Positions 45,348-54,553 of a stretch of 64,000 nt of DNA are shown here, piece after piece. The stretch is from Candidatus Dormiibacterota bacterium. GTDB lineage: Bacteria > Chloroflexota > Dormibacteria > Aeolococcales > Bog-877. The position numbers and the translations under genes were made by a program. The notes beneath the pieces are model-generated. The model saw nothing but the letters and a program-made list of their open reading frames with translations. It made no database searches and was not told the DNA's origin. The stretch lies in the NCBI GenBank assembly GCA_027339635.1, contig DAHWNZ010000007.1:2610-66609 (forward strand), written 5' to 3'. The stretch's first letter is position 1; each line of letters opens with the position of its first letter.

Positions 45348-45603
45348 CTCCTGATGACCGGATGAGGGGACTTCCCATCGGGAGCAGGCGAGGGCCACGG
45401 CTCTCCCTGCCCCCCTCATCAGGGTGGGATCGCACGGCTGCCTGCTGCTCAACCAGCCGTCCTGTCGCCAGGTGCACATGCCCAAGTCCCGGCCTTTTGG
45501 CCACGGTTCTGATGGTTGGCCCGCCGCGTTGAGCGAGACTGCTCCTGATGGAGAGAGTGGGCGACAGCACCCCGGCCGAACCCTGTGATGATCTCGGGTT
45601 GAC

Positions 45604-46272
45604 TTGATGACGGCCTCGCCGTCGGGTGAGAGGTCGCATCTGTCGACCACGGCTGGTGTCCCCATCCGGCCGCTGACGCTTCAGGATGCGGCATCGGTCG
45701 GCAGCATGCTGGCTCGAGCCTTTGCCGAGGACCCGACCTCTGCCTGGCTCTTCCCCCGTGAGACCGACCGAGCGAGGGCGCTCCAGCGCTGGTACGTCCT
45801 CAACGCCAAGATCCTGATCGCCACCGGCGAGGCTTGGGGCACCGCCGACCTCAGTTCCGCCGCCCTCTGGCTCCCCATGGGGTTGCCCTCGTGGGGCTCA
45901 CGGCGTCCCTTCGGGCGCGTTCTGGCCTGGAATCTCAGGACCGTCTTGATGCTCCGCGCCAGGGTCCTCTCCGCCGCCGCCACCACGGTGCGGATGCAAC
46001 GGCTGCATCCCAAGGGGCCGGGATGGTATTTGGCAATTCTCGGCACCGAACCTGGGCGGCAGGGCGAGGGCCTGGCGTCCCGGGCCATGGCGCCCGCCCT
46101 GAGCCGCTGCGATCGCCTGGGCCTGCCGGCCTACCTGGACACGGCCACCGAGCGCGACGTTTCCTTCTACCGCGCCCGGGGATTTGTGGTGGTTGGTGAG
46201 GTCGATCTGCGACCCGCCCCGCACTTCTGGGTGATGACCAGACCGCCGAGCATTCGCGCTGGTCCAACCTGA
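45604..46272 (+). CDS. GNAT-family N-acetyltransferase
   Basis: WYLAILGTEPGRQGEGLASRAM, LPAYLDTATERDVSFYRARGF (GNAT motifs A/B). Confidence 0.75.
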   Translation: MMTASPSGERSHLSTTAGVPIRPLTLQDAASVGSMLARAFAEDPTSAWLFPRETDRARALQRWYVLNAKILIATGEAWGTADLSSAALWLPMGLPSWGSRRPFGRVLAWNLRTVLMLRARVLSAAATTVRMQRLHPKGPGWYLAILGTEPGRQGEGLASRAMAPALSRCDRLGLPAYLDTATERDVSFYRARGFVVVGEVDLRPAPHFWVMTRPPSIRAGPT

Positions 46273-46337
46273 GGGAGAGCGGCCTTGACCGAGAGTGGCG
46301 CGGGTCATCTGGATCGCAGGCGCCGAGAATCGAGGGG

Positions 46338-47786
46338 ATGCTCCTTTCGTGGCGCTTCGCTCCGGCTCGTCAGCGAGAGGTCGGGATTGCCTCGCCCCTC
46401 GCCGTGATCGCCGCCCTGGCGGCGCTGGCGTCACTGGTGGTGTTGCCGGCGCCGGTTCTGAGAGTCGAGTTCCAGCCCCAGCGACCGGCGGCGAACGGAC
46501 TTCCGTGGCTCTCGGTCAGAGGCAGTGAGATCGTCAACAGCCAGGGCCAGACAGTGATCCTGCGCGGCTTCAACGATGATGCCCTGCTGCAGACCGGTCA
46601 CCACCCCCTGCCGCCGCCGCTCAAGCCCTCGAGCGCCGCCCTGATGGAGGCCGAGGGCTTCGACGTGGTGAGGATCCCCATCTCCTGGTCCCTGCTCGAG
46701 CCCACCGAAGGGCACTTCAGCCAGTCTTACCTGGCCAAGATCAAGGCCATGGTGGCACTCTGTGCCAGCGACCATCTGTACGTGGTCCTCGACATGCACA
46801 CCGTTGACTTCGGGGTTGCGTTCGGCGGCAGCGGCGCCCCCTCCTGGTTGCGGGTGCCCGGTGTCCCCGATTGGCATCTGCCGCTGCTGAGCCGGGACTG
46901 GCAGCGCGCGGTATCGCCCGCGGTGAACGCGGCCCTGGTCGCATTCTGGACCGACCCGGGGTGGCAGCGACTCTACTGGGATGCCTGGGACTTCGTGGCG
47001 GCGAGCTTCAAGGACGACTCCAACGTCGCCGGATTCGACCTTTACAACGAACCCCACCCGCTGCCGCTCCCCCCGGCAATCTTCGGCCCCCGACTCCTGT
47101 TCCCGTTCTACGCTCGTGGGATAGCCGACATCGCCAAGGTTGACCCCAACCACCTGTTCATCCTGGAGGGAGACCTGCTGGGGGACCTTGCGACAGCGGT
47201 GCGGCCAATCCACGCTCCCGACGTGGTCTACTCGACTCACCTCTATTCCGGGAGCATCGTGGGGCCGACCTTCACCGGCAATCCCTCACCCCTGCGGGCG
47301 GAGCTGGAGCAGGGGCTCGAGGAGGCCGCCCAGTTCCCCGCGCCCTACTGGTCCGGGGAGCTGGGCATAAATCGGACCCTGCCGCTGGCCGCTACCTGGG
47401 CCGAGGATGAGATCGCACTCTCCGACCGGTACCTCACGGGCTGGGCCTGGTGGCAGTGGGACGACTCGGCCGATTGGGGGGTCACCCAGAATGGCGGCCC
47501 GCCCGACCTCGGCTGGCTCGACGTGTTGGCCCAACCATTTGTGAGGGAGGCGCCGGGGCGGCTGGATGAGATGTCCTACAACCAGCAGCACCGGCGCCTG
47601 GCCGTCAAGATATCCGGGGCGGCCAGAGGGGACCTGGCGGTCGTCTCCTGGCCCGAGTCGGATGGCTTTGCCCAAGTCGCTGGCTCCTGTGCGCGGCCAG
47701 TGGGCAGGCAGGACCCCAGCTCCGGCAAGGTTGAGGTGGAGCTCCTGCGGGGCTCCTGCTCCTTCAATATCTCCGCCACCGGATGA
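46338..47786 (+). CDS. glycoside hydrolase family 5 (cellulase-like), N-terminally anchored/secreted
   Basis: VRIPISWSLLEP, VVLDMH, and the catalytic acid context GFDLYNEPHP. N-terminal hydrophobic segment LAVIAALAALASLVVL. Confidence 0.8.
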   Translation: MLLSWRFAPARQREVGIASPLAVIAALAALASLVVLPAPVLRVEFQPQRPAANGLPWLSVRGSEIVNSQGQTVILRGFNDDALLQTGHHPLPPPLKPSSAALMEAEGFDVVRIPISWSLLEPTEGHFSQSYLAKIKAMVALCASDHLYVVLDMHTVDFGVAFGGSGAPSWLRVPGVPDWHLPLLSRDWQRAVSPAVNAALVAFWTDPGWQRLYWDAWDFVAASFKDDSNVAGFDLYNEPHPLPLPPAIFGPRLLFPFYARGIADIAKVDPNHLFILEGDLLGDLATAVRPIHAPDVVYSTHLYSGSIVGPTFTGNPSPLRAELEQGLEEAAQFPAPYWSGELGINRTLPLAATWAEDEIALSDRYLTGWAWWQWDDSADWGVTQNGGPPDLGWLDVLAQPFVREAPGRLDEMSYNQQHRRLAVKISGAARGDLAVVSWPESDGFAQVAGSCARPVGRQDPSSGKVEVELLRGSCSFNISATG

Positions 47787-47829
47787 ATCATCTTCGGGGT
47801 TCGGCGCCGAGAACGTCAGGCGTCGAGCG

Positions 47830-50571
47830 TCACTCGTACCGGAGCACTTCCAGCGGCCGGATCCGCACCGGACCCCAGGCGACCAGGGCCGCGGTCAGGA
47901 CCGCCACCAGGATCGCCCCTAGAACTATTGCCAGAGCCAGGGGCGCGGGTATTCCGAGGGAGATCTTGATCACGAGTTTGCCCAAAGGAAGCAGGACCAG
48001 CGCGATGGCGAGCATCCCCCCGGTAGCCCCCAGGTAGGCGACCGCTGCGGTCTCGGTCAGAACCTGGGCGAACACCGCCCGGCTGCCCTGACCGACAGCC
48101 TTCTGGATCCCGATCTCCCGCCGCCGTTCCAGCAACGCCAGCGCCACCGAGTTGGCGATGATCACGATCCCCGCCAGCAGGGCCAGGGAGGCGATCGCGG
48201 TGAGGAACAGGATGGCGTTGTTGAGGAACTGATCGATGATCAGGGTGAAGTCCGCCAGGCTGATCACCTGAGCTCCGGTGACCTTCTCCCGAAGCTGGGT
48301 GGCGGCCGCGTCCGCACGACTGGGAGCGAACTTCATCTCCACAACCTGCATGGCGCTCGCCCCACCGAGAAGAGCGGTGGTCCTTGTCGTGGCCAGGATG
48401 GGCGCGACCGTGGTCGTGATGGAGATGCCGCTGTGGGCGTTCCTGGTGGCGATGGTGTAGAAGCCGACAACCTGCACCGTGACGATCTGGGAGCCGCGGG
48501 CCAACGGGTCCAGGAGGGCTATGTGATCCCCAACCTTGAGGTGGTAGGGGGACTTCTGCATGACGTTCTCCAGGAGCACGCCGTTGGCAGTCTGATCGGC
48601 CTGGTCGAGCTGGCGCCCCGCCGTGATCTTGACCGGTGGCACGATCCCGCGCTGCACCGCGAAGCCCTGCATCCCGCTCAGCAAGGAGACCGCGGTCTGA
48701 CCGCGGGTGGTCCTGGAGGTCGAGTGCACAGCGCGCGCGAAGGGGACGCCGTTGATGCTCACCGGCTCGCTTATCGCCGCGTTGGAGGTCAGCTGCTGGT
48801 GCGGGTGGAGGCTCGCGACGGCCGCCTTGAGGGCCTGGGTGTCGGAGTTCGGGGCCACGGCGATGACGTTGTAGGAGGTGGACTGGGTGATGATGCTGTC
48901 GAGATCCGCGCGGATGTCGGTGCCCAGCACCAGGATCAGCCCCACGGCGAACACCCCGACGAACAGGGCGACCGCGGTCGCCGCGGTCCTGGTGCGCTGA
49001 CGGCTGGCGTTGCGGAAGGCCAGCCGGATCACCGACTGCGCCGGCCGGGGCAGCACCACGACCAGATAGCCCAAAAGGGAGACCGCTATCAGGAGGGCGC
49101 CGACGGCTCGGAGGCTGGACACGGTTGTGATCGCGATGGAGACGAGGAGGGCCGCGGTCACCAGCGACAGGTGGCTGGCGCTGAACCGTTCCGGGACCGG
49201 CAGCCTCCCCACGACCAGCAGGGCCAGGCTGAACAGGCCTGTCAGGATGAGCAGGGCGATCCCGGTGCCCACCACCAGGCCGAGGGCGAGGCCCGCCGAG
49301 CCCAGGATCGCTGACGCGAGGATCCAGAACAGAACCCCAACCAGCGCCAGCAGGAGAGCGCTCGAGCCGATGACGACCGCGCTCACGGCCGCCGGGTCGT
49401 CGCGCAGGACCGAGATCGGGCGCACCCGGCTCAGCCTCACGATCGGAAGGATCGCGAAGATGCAGGTGGTGGCGACGCCAATGCCGACGCCTGCCAGGAT
49501 CACCTCCCAGTCCAGGACGAAGCTGATGTCAAGCGAGGCTATGTTCTGCAGCAGCAGGCGGATCCCATCCGACAGCCCGATGCCGGCCAGGGCGCCGGCG
49601 ACTCCTCCGACCAGACCCAGCAGGGCGGCCTCCAACCCGAAGAGCAAGTAGAGGTCACGCCGGCGGTAGCCCGTCGTCTTCAGCATGGCGATCTCCAGAC
49701 GGCGCCGGGACAGGCTCACCTGCATCGTGTTCACAATGCCGATGCCGCCGATCAGCAGGGCAGCCAGGCCGGCCACTGAGAGGAATTGGGTCAGCTGTTG
49801 GCTCGCCTTCTTGTCTGAGTTGAGGGCCTGTTGCACGGTCGAAACCGTGGCCAGCGGCAGCGCATTCTGCAGTTGCGGCGCGAGCCGGTTCGCCTCCTGA
49901 GAGCTGGCCGTGGTGATGTACACCTCGCCGTAGTCGACAGGCGACGACTTCGACAGATTTGAGCTCAGGGTCGAGTTGGAGACGATCACGTCCTGGTCCA
50001 TCCCAGTCGGAGCGCTGGACGAAAGAATTCCTCCCACCGTCCAGTAGATGGGGTGGAGAGCGCCCGCGGCGTTGACTCGCACCCGGGATCCGACGGCCGC
50101 GTTCAGGAGGGTCGAAACGCTACCCGACAGGACCATGGTGTTCGGGCGGCGGATCAGCTGGGAGAAACTACCCTCGGCTCCCGGCTTCAAGGCGAGCGTG
50201 CCCACCAGGGGAAAGTGGCTCGAAGCGACGGCGTCAATGGTGGTCGAGACCCCCTGGCCGTTGCTGCGGATCAGGGTCGCCTGGTACTCGCGCACCGCGG
50301 TGTAGGCCGTTATCTGGCCCTGGGCCTTGAGTTTCGAGAAGGTTGCCAGCTCAGAGGCCGGCAGGGGAACTGCCACCGAGACGACAGAGATGTCGCCTCC
50401 GTTGGCCTGGCGGACGTTGGCGGTCAGAGAGGCATTCACCATCGCCGCCGCCAGCTGGAGGCCGACGATGGCCATCACCCCGATGCCCACGCAGAAGGCC
50501 GCCAGCACCGTCCGGCGGCCCCCTCGCCGCAGTGACCTAGTGGTGTAGCGGAAGTAGAGCCCGGATCTCAC
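47830..50571 (-). CDS. ABC transporter permease with two FtsX/MacB-type modules
   Basis: 913 aa. Two repeats, each with 1 TM + large extracytoplasmic domain + 3 TM (about 10 TM in total). 4-nt overlap with the ATPase gene. Confidence 0.85.
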   Translation of the reverse strand: MRSGLYFRYTTRSLRRGGRRTVLAAFCVGIGVMAIVGLQLAAAMVNASLTANVRQANGGDISVVSVAVPLPASELATFSKLKAQGQITAYTAVREYQATLIRSNGQGVSTTIDAVASSHFPLVGTLALKPGAEGSFSQLIRRPNTMVLSGSVSTLLNAAVGSRVRVNAAGALHPIYWTVGGILSSSAPTGMDQDVIVSNSTLSSNLSKSSPVDYGEVYITTASSQEANRLAPQLQNALPLATVSTVQQALNSDKKASQQLTQFLSVAGLAALLIGGIGIVNTMQVSLSRRRLEIAMLKTTGYRRRDLYLLFGLEAALLGLVGGVAGALAGIGLSDGIRLLLQNIASLDISFVLDWEVILAGVGIGVATTCIFAILPIVRLSRVRPISVLRDDPAAVSAVVIGSSALLLALVGVLFWILASAILGSAGLALGLVVGTGIALLILTGLFSLALLVVGRLPVPERFSASHLSLVTAALLVSIAITTVSSLRAVGALLIAVSLLGYLVVVLPRPAQSVIRLAFRNASRQRTRTAATAVALFVGVFAVGLILVLGTDIRADLDSIITQSTSYNVIAVAPNSDTQALKAAVASLHPHQQLTSNAAISEPVSINGVPFARAVHSTSRTTRGQTAVSLLSGMQGFAVQRGIVPPVKITAGRQLDQADQTANGVLLENVMQKSPYHLKVGDHIALLDPLARGSQIVTVQVVGFYTIATRNAHSGISITTTVAPILATTRTTALLGGASAMQVVEMKFAPSRADAAATQLREKVTGAQVISLADFTLIIDQFLNNAILFLTAIASLALLAGIVIIANSVALALLERRREIGIQKAVGQGSRAVFAQVLTETAAVAYLGATGGMLAIALVLLPLGKLVIKISLGIPAPLALAIVLGAILVAVLTAALVAWGPVRIRPLEVLRYE

Positions 50572-51332
50572 GGAGCCGATGCACGCGGTCCCGGCTGGTC
50601 GCCGATCAGCTGTCCGTCTGAGAGCTGCAGCATCCGGGTCGCGTAGTTGGTCACGGAAGGATCATGGGTCGCGATCACAAAGGTGGTCCCCATCTGCTCC
50701 TTGAGCTGCCAGAGCAGGTCCAGGATGTCCTTGCCCTGGGCGGCGGCCAGGTTTCCGGTCGGCTCGTCGGCCACCAATAGCGGAGGTTGGGTCGCCAGAG
50801 CTCGGGCGATGGCCACACGCTGCTGCTCTCCTCCCGACAGCTGGGACGGCCGGTGCTCGAGCCGGTGCGAGAGGCCCACCAGCCCCAGCAGCTCCTCGGA
50901 GCGGGCGGTCGGGGAACCCTTCCATGACCCGGCGTAGAGGGGGACCTCCACGTTCTCCCGGGCGGTCAGGGTGGGGATGAGATTGAAGGCCTGGAACACC
51001 ATGCCGACCGTGCGGTTGCGGATGCCCGCCAGCTGCGACTCTCGCATAGAGGAGATGTCGGTGCCGTTGAGCAGGACCTGCCCCTTGCTCGGGGTGTCCA
51101 GGCCGGTGATGCATCCCAGCAGGGTGCTCTTGCCGCTCCCCGACGGCCCCATCAGGGTCACGAATTCGCCCGCCGGGATGGCAAAGCCGATGTCCTTCAG
51201 GATCTCGATCTGCTCCTCGCCCAGGGAGAGGGAACGGCCGAGGTGCCTCACCTCCAGCACGGGGACTCCGTCGCTGGGCGACGCTACGCCCATCCCGCCC
51301 GCGGGGGAGGCTGCGGGAGCGAAGTCAGTCAT
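50568..51332 (-). CDS. ABC transporter ATP-binding protein (MacB/LolD type)
   Basis: Walker A GPSGSGKST, signature LSGGEQQRVAIARAL, Walker B LLVADEPT. Confidence 0.95.
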   Translation of the reverse strand: MTDFAPAASPAGGMGVASPSDGVPVLEVRHLGRSLSLGEEQIEILKDIGFAIPAGEFVTLMGPSGSGKSTLLGCITGLDTPSKGQVLLNGTDISSMRESQLAGIRNRTVGMVFQAFNLIPTLTARENVEVPLYAGSWKGSPTARSEELLGLVGLSHRLEHRPSQLSGGEQQRVAIARALATQPPLLVADEPTGNLAAAQGKDILDLLWQLKEQMGTTFVIATHDPSVTNYATRMLQLSDGQLIGDQPGPRASAP

Positions 51333-51393
51333 CGACTCGATTGCGGACCTGGCCAGTTTCCGAGTCTGGGGGAGGCACCTCAGCCGGACTCAA

Positions 51394-52296
51394 GTGTGCG
51401 CTCCGACACTGGCCTTCGCCATCCGCCAGAAGAGTGAAATTTCGCATCTGCAGCCCGGACAATATATTGGACTCACCGTGTTTCCTGTCGCCGCCAGATC
51501 GGCGGAGCTGTCGATGCCCCGCAGAGCCGAGCTGCTTGGTGTGGAGCGCGCCCTGGATCTGCTGGTGCCAGCGGTCGGGGTGGTGGGGCTGACCGACAAC
51601 CATATGAGCAGGCCCAGGCTCTCCCCCCTAGCAGCCATCCCGGCCTGCCTCAGCAGAGGACTCATGCCAATCGTCCACGTATCCTGCCGCGACCGTAACC
51701 GCCTCGGGCAGCAGCAGCAGGTGATGGGGGCGGCCGCCCTGGGAGCCCTGGGAGTCCTGGTCGTACGTGGAGACCGCGGCGTCCTGCCCGCTGACGGCGG
51801 GGTCAGCGTGGTCGAGACCCTGGCGGCCGTGCCGGAGTGGGCTGACCCGGGAACTCTGGTGCGTGGCGTCGTCGCCAACCCGTTCGCCCCCAGGGCTCGG
51901 GAGCTCCGACTCCTGGAACGCAAGCAGAAGGCCGGCATCGATTTCATCCAAACCCAGATGGTCTTCGATCTGGACCTGTTGGACTCGTTCCTGACCGACG
52001 CGCGGGATGTGCTCGCCCCCCAGGTGGCGGTGTTCGCGAGCGTCGGCTTGATCCGGTCCAGGCGGAGTTTGGATTTCGTGTTGCGTTCGTTGCCTGACTG
52101 CCCCATTCCGGAGCCGCTGGTGCAACGGGTCCGGTCCGGGCAGGGGGTTGAGGTGAGCACCGAGCTGGCAGCCGAGATCGGCCGCCGAGACGGGCTGCGA
52201 TTGCACCTGATCCCTCTTGGGGGCGAACGCCACGCTCCCTTGCTCAGCAAGGCCTTTGCCGCGGCCCGGGCAGTGTCGACAGAGGCCGCCGGGTGA
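51394..52296 (+). CDS. methylenetetrahydrofolate reductase (MetF)-like protein
   Basis: Colinear with MetF motifs: LTVFPVA (FEFFPP), HVSCRDRN (HLTC), VLVVRGD (ALRGD), KQKAGIDFIQTQMVFD (KVDAGA..ITQFFFD). The start is uncertain (GTG 51394 or CTG 51409). The ORF part at 50971-51393 is antisense to the ABC ATPase. Confidence 0.7.
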   Translation: MCAPTLAFAIRQKSEISHLQPGQYIGLTVFPVAARSAELSMPRRAELLGVERALDLLVPAVGVVGLTDNHMSRPRLSPLAAIPACLSRGLMPIVHVSCRDRNRLGQQQQVMGAAALGALGVLVVRGDRGVLPADGGVSVVETLAAVPEWADPGTLVRGVVANPFAPRARELRLLERKQKAGIDFIQTQMVFDLDLLDSFLTDARDVLAPQVAVFASVGLIRSRRSLDFVLRSLPDCPIPEPLVQRVRSGQGVEVSTELAAEIGRRDGLRLHLIPLGGERHAPLLSKAFAAARAVSTEAAG

Positions 52297-53795
52297 CCGA
52301 TCAGGACCCGCCCCAGGGGAAGGCCCCGGCCCGCCCTGAGATGAGCGCGGAGGAATTCCGCCGCTACGGGCACCAGGCGGTCGAGCTGGCCGCGGCCTAT
52401 CTGGAGGGGCTGCCCGACCTGGCGCCCCTGGCTGGGGTCGAGCCAGGCAGCGTGGTGAGTCAGCTCCCTCAGCAGGCCCCCCTGCACGGCGAGGAGATGG
52501 CGGATATCCTGGCGGACTTCGAGCGCCTCATCGTTCCCGCCACGACGCACTGGAACCACCCCAGGTTCTTCGCCTACTTCAACAGCTCCGCCGCCGGGGC
52601 AGGGATTATTGGCGAGTTCCTGACAGCGACTCTCAACGTCAACGCGATGCTCTGGAGGACAGGACCGGCCGCCACTGAGCTGGAGTGGGTGGTCTGCAAC
52701 TGGCTGGCCCGCCTTCTGGGCCTCCCGCCCTCGTTCGACGGTCACATCAACGACACCGCCTCATCGTCTACCCTGGTGGCCTTGGCCGCGGCCAGGGAGG
52801 CCCTCGGGCTTGAGGTACGTGACCTGGGGCTGGCCGGACGACCCGACCTTCCCGGGCTCAGGGTGTACGGGTCAGATCAGGCACATTCGTCGGTGGAGAA
52901 GGCGGCCATCACCCTCGGCCTGGGCCGCATCGGCTACCGCGCCATCCGTTCCGACCAAGGATTCCGCATGGATGTTGCAGCCCTGGAGCAGGCGATCTCA
53001 GAGGACCTCGAGGCTGGTCTCCGCCCGATGGCGGTCGTCGCAACCGTCGGGACCACGGCCACCACCAGCATCGATCCAGTGGGTGCTATCGCGGCCATCT
53101 GCCGCCGCCACGGTCTATGGTTGCATGTCGATGCCGCCCACGGAGGTGCCCTCGCCGCGCTGCCCGAGCACCGAGACCGGGTGTTCGCAGGCGTGAGTGA
53201 GGCCCAGTCGGTGGTGGTCAACCCGCACAAGTGGCTGTTCACCCCAAGCGATTGCTCTGTGCTCTTCACCACCAGACCGGACCTGGTGCGTCGGGCGTTC
53301 TCGCTCGTCCCTGATTATCTCAGCACACCAGAAGGAGACCGCGATCAGGGGATGGGGGCACGGAACCTGATGGACTTCGGGGTCGCGCTCGGACGTCGCA
53401 TGCGCTCGCTCAAGCTCTGGATGGTGCTGCGGTATTTCGGACAGGAGGGAGTCCGGGCGCAAATCCGGGGGCACATGGAGATGGCGCGCTGGCTGCGGGC
53501 CGAGATGGAGCACGCGGAGGGTTGGGAGCTAATGGCACCCGTACCGATGTCGACTCTGTGCTTTCGGCACCACCCGCTGCATATCCAAACCGAGGATCTG
53601 TTGGAGCGGCACAACCGACAGATCATGGCCCGAGTCAATGGGGGGGGGCAGGTCTTCCTGTCTCACGCCGTGCTGCACTCCAGGTTCTCGCTGCGGGCCA
53701 CGATCGGGGGGCTCCGGACCCGGGATGAGGATGTTGAGGTGCTGTGGCGGGAGCTGCGAGCCGCGGCGGAGTCCCCTGCGGACCGTCCGTCCTAG
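52293..53795 (+). CDS. group II PLP-dependent decarboxylase (aromatic-L-amino-acid / tyrosine decarboxylase-like)
   Basis: HWNHPRFFAYFNS, SSSTLVAL and the PLP lysine in VVNPHKWLFTP. Start overlaps the upstream stop (GTGA). Confidence 0.9.
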   Translation: MTDQDPPQGKAPARPEMSAEEFRRYGHQAVELAAAYLEGLPDLAPLAGVEPGSVVSQLPQQAPLHGEEMADILADFERLIVPATTHWNHPRFFAYFNSSAAGAGIIGEFLTATLNVNAMLWRTGPAATELEWVVCNWLARLLGLPPSFDGHINDTASSSTLVALAAAREALGLEVRDLGLAGRPDLPGLRVYGSDQAHSSVEKAAITLGLGRIGYRAIRSDQGFRMDVAALEQAISEDLEAGLRPMAVVATVGTTATTSIDPVGAIAAICRRHGLWLHVDAAHGGALAALPEHRDRVFAGVSEAQSVVVNPHKWLFTPSDCSVLFTTRPDLVRRAFSLVPDYLSTPEGDRDQGMGARNLMDFGVALGRRMRSLKLWMVLRYFGQEGVRAQIRGHMEMARWLRAEMEHAEGWELMAPVPMSTLCFRHHPLHIQTEDLLERHNRQIMARVNGGGQVFLSHAVLHSRFSLRATIGGLRTRDEDVEVLWRELRAAAESPADRPS

Positions 53796-54553
53796 GTAGC
53801 GCGTCATCCCCGGCTGATTGAGGCCCCAGACCGGTCCAGGGCCATGCCTTGACAGAGGTGCCGGAGCCAGCGACGCTCGCCGTTGTGGGCAGGCCGCAAG
53901 CGGAACCAGGTCGGCGCCTCTGGCCCGCAGCCGCTTGGCCGAGACCATCAGCTGCTCAAGCCGCGGGCCGGGTCGGGCGAGCTCTTTGCCGACCAGCTGG
54001 GCACACTCCCTGGCGACTGAGGCGCGTGTCATTCGTTGTTGCAGCGCTGCGCGGCCCCCCGGAACCTCGGCAACCGCCATCCCCGGTGCCGACAGTTCCA
54101 CCTCGGGACTCTTTCCGTCCGGTGGGCTCCGGTCCACCGTCTGTTGGCGGAGATCAGCAAATGTGGCGTGGGAGAGCGTCCTCCCATCCCAGCTCGAGTT
54201 CCCACTCCAGATTCCTGGCCATACGAGCTGCCTGGGTCAAACACGATCGTGCACGGTCGTGGCGCCGGCAGCTCTCGACGAGTCGCTGCCCGCCCTGCTT
54301 GACCTGGCGGACCGCCGCGACGAGCCGACCCCGCAGGGACTGATCCAGCTCATCAGAGAGGAGGATGTCGGTACCTCCGCACTCGCCTGCCACCAGGACT
54401 GGGCTCAATTCCGTGCGGCTCAGTCCGGTCGGCCGCACCGGTGCGGCTCTGGTCACCGTTCGGCCAGCACCGCACCATCACCGTATTCCCGTGGCGACAC
54501 CCACCCGCCCGTCGCCGCGCACTCCTCGACCACCGCTTAAACTTCGGTTGGAC

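Noticed and set aside
44487-45639. N-terminal 144 codons of ORF 43605..44918 (otsB extension) and the 364-aa ORF 44545..45639 (-)
   Set aside because: Both run antisense through the holin-X-like and DUF3618 genes. The HAD phosphatase homology begins only near LLIATDFDGT, so I place the otsB start at about 44486.
51390-52745. 451-aa minus-strand ORF
   Set aside because: It is antisense to the MetF-like and decarboxylase genes. It is Ser/Arg/Pro-rich with no motifs.
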